A stretch of 64,000 nucleotides of DNA from contig CAXXHB010000003.1 of assembly GCA_963664815.2 (NCBI GenBank), positions 3,616,001-3,680,000 of the forward strand, given 5' to 3'. The notes below the pieces were generated by a model. That model saw only the letters and a list, made by a program, of their open reading frames with translations, was not told the origin of the DNA and made no database searches. The DNA comes from Spirochaetota bacterium (lineage in GTDB: Bacteria > Spirochaetota > UBA4802 > UBA5550). Positions 60,518 through 64,000 of this stretch are shown here, one piece after another (within the stretch, counting starts at the first letter, position 1; each line of letters starts with the position of its first letter). A program made the translations under genes and the position numbers.

Positions 60518-62194
60518 ATGGAAAAAACAGAAAAAATATGGAACAGAGAATTTGTTCTTCTCTTTATCACAAATCTGCTGGTGCTGGCAGCATTTTATGC
60601 ATCTATTCCAATTATCCCGGTTTACTGTCAGCAGATTGGAATCACCGGATCCAAAATAGGAATTGTACTGACGGCAATGTCCATTTCAACCATTCTGTTT
60701 CGTCCTGTTGCCGGATACTTACTGGATAATTTTAATCGATATCGTGTGTACTTGCTGTTTTTAGGCTTGTTTTGTTTTGCATTTCCAGGCTTTATCGCAT
60801 TCCCTGTATTTGGTGCGTTAATCATAATACGCCTGTACATGGGGGCCGTGTATTCAGTATGCGGCTCTGCGACAATGACACTGGCCAGTGATGTTCTACC
60901 CCGTACTAAAATCACACAGGGCATCAGCCGGTTTGCCTTTACGATATCAATCGGTATGGCAGTTGGTCCTTATGTGGGCATTCAGGTACAGAACCACATG
61001 AGCAGCAAAGCATCTTTCCTTACGATTTTTGCAATTACGCTGGCAGCCTTGATTTGCGTATCCCGCTGCAAAATCAGTTATCCAAAGGTTGAGCGGAAGA
61101 ATTTCGCGCTCAGGGATGCTGTATACAATCCTGCACTTCCGTTCATGTTCAATATGATGTTTCTTATGATCCCTTACGGCGCTGTAATCGCATATTCTTC
61201 CATGTTGGCACAGGAAAAGCAGTTAACATCTGTTATCCCATACTTCTATATCTGTCTTGTCGCCGGTATGCTGGCATCAAAATTCACAACACAAAAAATG
61301 ATTGATGCCGGCAGGCACCGCATTCTGGTCTATGCCAGTTTAGCGGTTTTGACTGCAACAATGGCCAGCTATGCATTTCTGACAACCGGAATACATTTGC
61401 TTATTGCCGCATTACTTTTTGGATTTGGTTACGGTATTTTGCAGCCGCTGTTTCAAGCATTTGTTACGGGAACAACCTCCGCCCCAAAACGAGGGGTTGC
61501 AAATGCCACCTATTTGCTGTCTTATGATATTGGCATCGGAATCGGCGCCCTCCTGATGGGCTGCCTGCAGGAAACCACCGGGTTGTCGATCGGATTTGCT
61601 TTGACAGCCGTTGCATATGTAATCGGAGGGCTCATTTACGCAGCATATGTGGACCGTTATTATCTTAAGCTGAAAATCAATTCCGGGGTTCATATTGTTC
61701 GTTCTGATGCGTTGTCACAGCATATGCAGCATGAGGTATATGCATTGCAGGAAGACGCAACTGTGCATGATGCCCTTTTCTATTTTTCGGACAAGCATAT
61801 CAGCGGAGCACCCATTGTTTCCGCAAACGACGCGGCTGTCGGATTTATCAGTGATGGTGATATTATGCGGTATTTGCGAGAGGATGAACATCCACCATTT
61901 GCAATTGACAGTTCGGCATCATTCATGGCTTTCCGGAACCCTGATGCTGAATTCGAACAAAAGCTGGATTCTGTAATGAATCTGAATGTGCTTGAAATTG
62001 GCACCAACAAGCCTATCACAATATCAGCAAACGCCTCCATTGAAGATGTCTGCAATTTGCTGAGTGAAGCAGGAGTCAAGAAGGTGCCGGTGGTTGACGG
62101 AGATAAAGTAGTCGGCATCATTACACGTTCGACCATAACACATTATTTGACAAGACGTCATCTTGAACATGCACAAAAAAGTATTTCCGATTAA
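60518..62194 (+). CDS. MFS transporter fused to a C-terminal CBS-domain pair
   Basis: 12 TMs, RPVAGYLLD..NR motif A-like, then ISGAPIV/GFISDGDI and KKVPVVD/VGIITR. AAGGAG RBS before 60518. Confidence 0.88.
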   Translation: MEKTEKIWNREFVLLFITNLLVLAAFYASIPIIPVYCQQIGITGSKIGIVLTAMSISTILFRPVAGYLLDNFNRYRVYLLFLGLFCFAFPGFIAFPVFGALIIIRLYMGAVYSVCGSATMTLASDVLPRTKITQGISRFAFTISIGMAVGPYVGIQVQNHMSSKASFLTIFAITLAALICVSRCKISYPKVERKNFALRDAVYNPALPFMFNMMFLMIPYGAVIAYSSMLAQEKQLTSVIPYFYICLVAGMLASKFTTQKMIDAGRHRILVYASLAVLTATMASYAFLTTGIHLLIAALLFGFGYGILQPLFQAFVTGTTSAPKRGVANATYLLSYDIGIGIGALLMGCLQETTGLSIGFALTAVAYVIGGLIYAAYVDRYYLKLKINSGVHIVRSDALSQHMQHEVYALQEDATVHDALFYFSDKHISGAPIVSANDAAVGFISDGDIMRYLREDEHPPFAIDSSASFMAFRNPDAEFEQKLDSVMNLNVLEIGTNKPITISANASIEDVCNLLSEAGVKKVPVVDGDKVVGIITRSTITHYLTRRHLEHAQKSISD

Positions 62195-62339
62195 AAAATA
62201 ATGATATTCTCTATTTCATTTATTTTTTGTTTCAGGTTGTTATGATAAACTTGCAGTTTATTACCTGTTCATAAATTACGGATTTCATGGGATTGTATAA
62301 GTATTTCATTTATAATTATTATCAGATACTCTGATGATC

Positions 62340-62443
62340 GTCTGAACCCTGATTTACCTGATTACAGGATGGGCAGGATTCATCTGCCAGTTCCGGAGAC
62401 TGTCGTCATGATAATCTTTTAATCCTTAAATCGCGGTTCAGAC
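62340..62443. repeat. REP/MITE-like palindromic element between convergent genes
   Basis: GTCTGAACCCTGATTTA ... TAAATCGCGGTTCAGAC (15/17 inverted match) with inner GATT/AATC pairs. Confidence 0.6.
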
Positions 62444-62519
62444 AGCAGCGGTATCCAGTTGAGTATAAAGTTCATATATTCAATAAAAATCATTTTTTCA
62501 GGAAGCCCTAAATGTAAAT

Positions 62520-63104
62520 TTAATTGTCATTTATTATTGAAAGGAGTACTTTTTTTATATTTTTCCTATACTTTTCCGACTCAGCTTTGCTTATGAAAAA
62601 GTGTTTAAAATATCTGAAACCCTGGATAACGGATATAATAAGCTCAGCCTTTTCCTGGGGATCTTTTATTTTCACTTTACCTGAAGCATTAGCTTGTTCA
62701 AGTTCACATCTTATGAGTTTAATGAATTCATTATACAACATTTCAAGGTGAGCAAAGACCTTTTTATCTCTAAAGCTCACGGATATTATAGAAATATCAC
62801 CGGATATATCGGTGTTCTTATACCACGTCTCACTGATAAGGAGATCGCAGAGCTTGTCCAGGCGTTTTACAGTATCATTTGTCTCAATATCAAGTTCCGT
62901 AAACAATTTATTATATTTGTGACTAATATACTTAACAAGTTCAACAATCAAGTTGTCTTTTGTATCAAAGTAATGTATTAGCAAACTAGGGTTAACCTTC
63001 ATCCGTTTGGCGACTTTAGCGATAGATGCACCCTCAACACCCTCTCTCAATATTATATAGTAATAATTTTTCAGTATATCCTGTTTACGTAGTTCTGCTT
63101 TCAT
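62520..63104 (-). CDS. TetR/AcrR family transcriptional regulator
   Basis: EG..GASIAKVAKRM.VNPSLLIHYF.TKD.L. Confidence 0.9.
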   Translation of the reverse strand: MKAELRKQDILKNYYYIILREGVEGASIAKVAKRMKVNPSLLIHYFDTKDNLIVELVKYISHKYNKLFTELDIETNDTVKRLDKLCDLLISETWYKNTDISGDISIISVSFRDKKVFAHLEMLYNEFIKLIRCELEQANASGKVKIKDPQEKAELIISVIQGFRYFKHFFISKAESEKYRKNIKKVLLSIINDN

Positions 63105-63360
63105 AATTAATTTCTTTTGTTAATACCGGTATATTTTTTTACATATGCTTTGATAATTAATGAATGTAATATTAATATTTATTATATGTGTTCAGGACGA
63201 TTTTGTCAGACATTATAAGATGTTTATAACGAATACGTTTTTACATTGACATTTCGGTTTAATACCGGTCAAGTATAAATTATAAGCAATCATTCTGATC
63301 TTCCCCTGATATAGTGGACATTAAGTTAAGCCGAAAATATAATAAATTTGGAGGCTTACA

Positions 63361-63651
63361 ATGTCAGAGAGAAGTAAATACAGCCCGGAATTTAAGAAAG
63401 AGGCTGTAGAATTATTAAGAACCAGCGGAAAGACATCACTTGAAATAGCGAATGATCTTGGGATTAAAAGAGATAATCTATTGCGCTGGAATAGGGAAAT
63501 TGAAACAGAGGAAAGGAATTCCGGGACAATAACAATAAATCCTCAGGATAGTGAAGAAATTAAACGACTCAAGAAGGAAATGTTGATTCTTAAGCAGGAG
63601 CGTGACATTCTAAAAAAGGCTCTGGGCATATTCTCGAAACCACAAGAATGA
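63361..63651 (+). CDS. IS3 transposase OrfA
   Basis: KYSPEFKKEAV, IANDLGI, EIKRLKKE...LKQERDILKKA. Confidence 0.93.
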   Translation: MSERSKYSPEFKKEAVELLRTSGKTSLEIANDLGIKRDNLLRWNREIETEERNSGTITINPQDSEEIKRLKKEMLILKQERDILKKALGIFSKPQE

Positions 63652-64000
63652 AATATGAATTCATCAAGGAACAGAGTACTGAATTTCCAGTATCGAGGAT
63701 ATGCCAGATTATGGATGTGAGTAAAAGCGGTTATTATGCCTGGCTGAAAGCTCCAAAGAGTATAAGAGGGCTTGAAAATGAAATACTATTGGAGAGGATA
63801 AAATCATCACATGAATCAAGCGGAGAGAGCTATGGCAGCCCCAGAATTCATCAGGATTTACTTGAAGAAGGTATTTTCTGCGGAATACATAGGGTTGAGA
63901 GGCTGATGAATGTGAATGGGATTCATGCAAAGACAAAGAAAAAATTTAAGGCAACCACTGATTCGGGTCATTCTTTGCCAGTGTCTGAGAATATACTAGA
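63648..64000 (+). CDS. IS3 transposase OrfB (partial)
   Basis: Manual translation: MKYEFI...VSKSGYYAW...YGSPRI...RVERLM...KFKATTDS, in the -1 frame relative to orfA. Confidence 0.9.
   Translation, partial: MKYEFIKEQSTEFPVSRICQIMDVSKSGYYAWLKAPKSIRGLENEILLERIKSSHESSGESYGSPRIHQDLLEEGIFCGIHRVERLMNVNGIHAKTKKKFKATTDSGHSLPVSENIL

Larger units (their letters stand above)
63296..64000 (+). mobile_element. IS3-family insertion sequence (left end; runs off window)
   Basis: Left end TGATCTTCCCCTGATATAGTGGACA, orfA/orfB arrangement, A-AAA-AAG -1 frameshift motif at 63612-63618. Confidence 0.93.

Overview
AT-rich (roughly 38-40% GC by eye) bacterial chromosome segment. The gene style suggests an uncultured diderm, probably a spirochaete, but that is inference. 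Positions 1-25 kb hold a TetR gene divergent from an all-repeat protein (8x34 aa), an old yellow enzyme, a cNMP-GGDEF gene pair, two chemoreceptors, a fur-feoA-feoB iron uptake unit with Fur boxes, an acyl-CoA dehydrogenase and a 2-aminoethylphosphonate uptake/catabolism operon (ABC transporter, phnX, phnW). Positions 25-42 kb are the most unusual part. They carry satP with a structured leader, a beta-propeller/FGE-lipoprotein/MBOAT/SGNH acylation operon, and a five-gene synthase-dependent exopolysaccharide-like operon: TPR-beta-barrel (broken by a 102-bp duplicative insertion), pseudo-GGDEF/pseudo-receiver, HEAT-GT2, an unassigned probable glycosidase and a CE4 deacetylase. Positions 42-52 kb are mostly housekeeping (cysS, rlmB, lactate permease, lepA) plus an orphan Pycsar-effector-like gene. 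After lepA comes an accessory island of small co-oriented genes separated by degenerate attC-like sites (probable integrase-less cassette array). It also holds a BrnT/BrnA pair, a decayed duplicate of a methyltransferase gene, a decayed IS3 fragment and the left part of an IS3 element at the window edge. No rRNA, tRNA or CRISPR array was seen. All family calls come from motif recognition without database searches.
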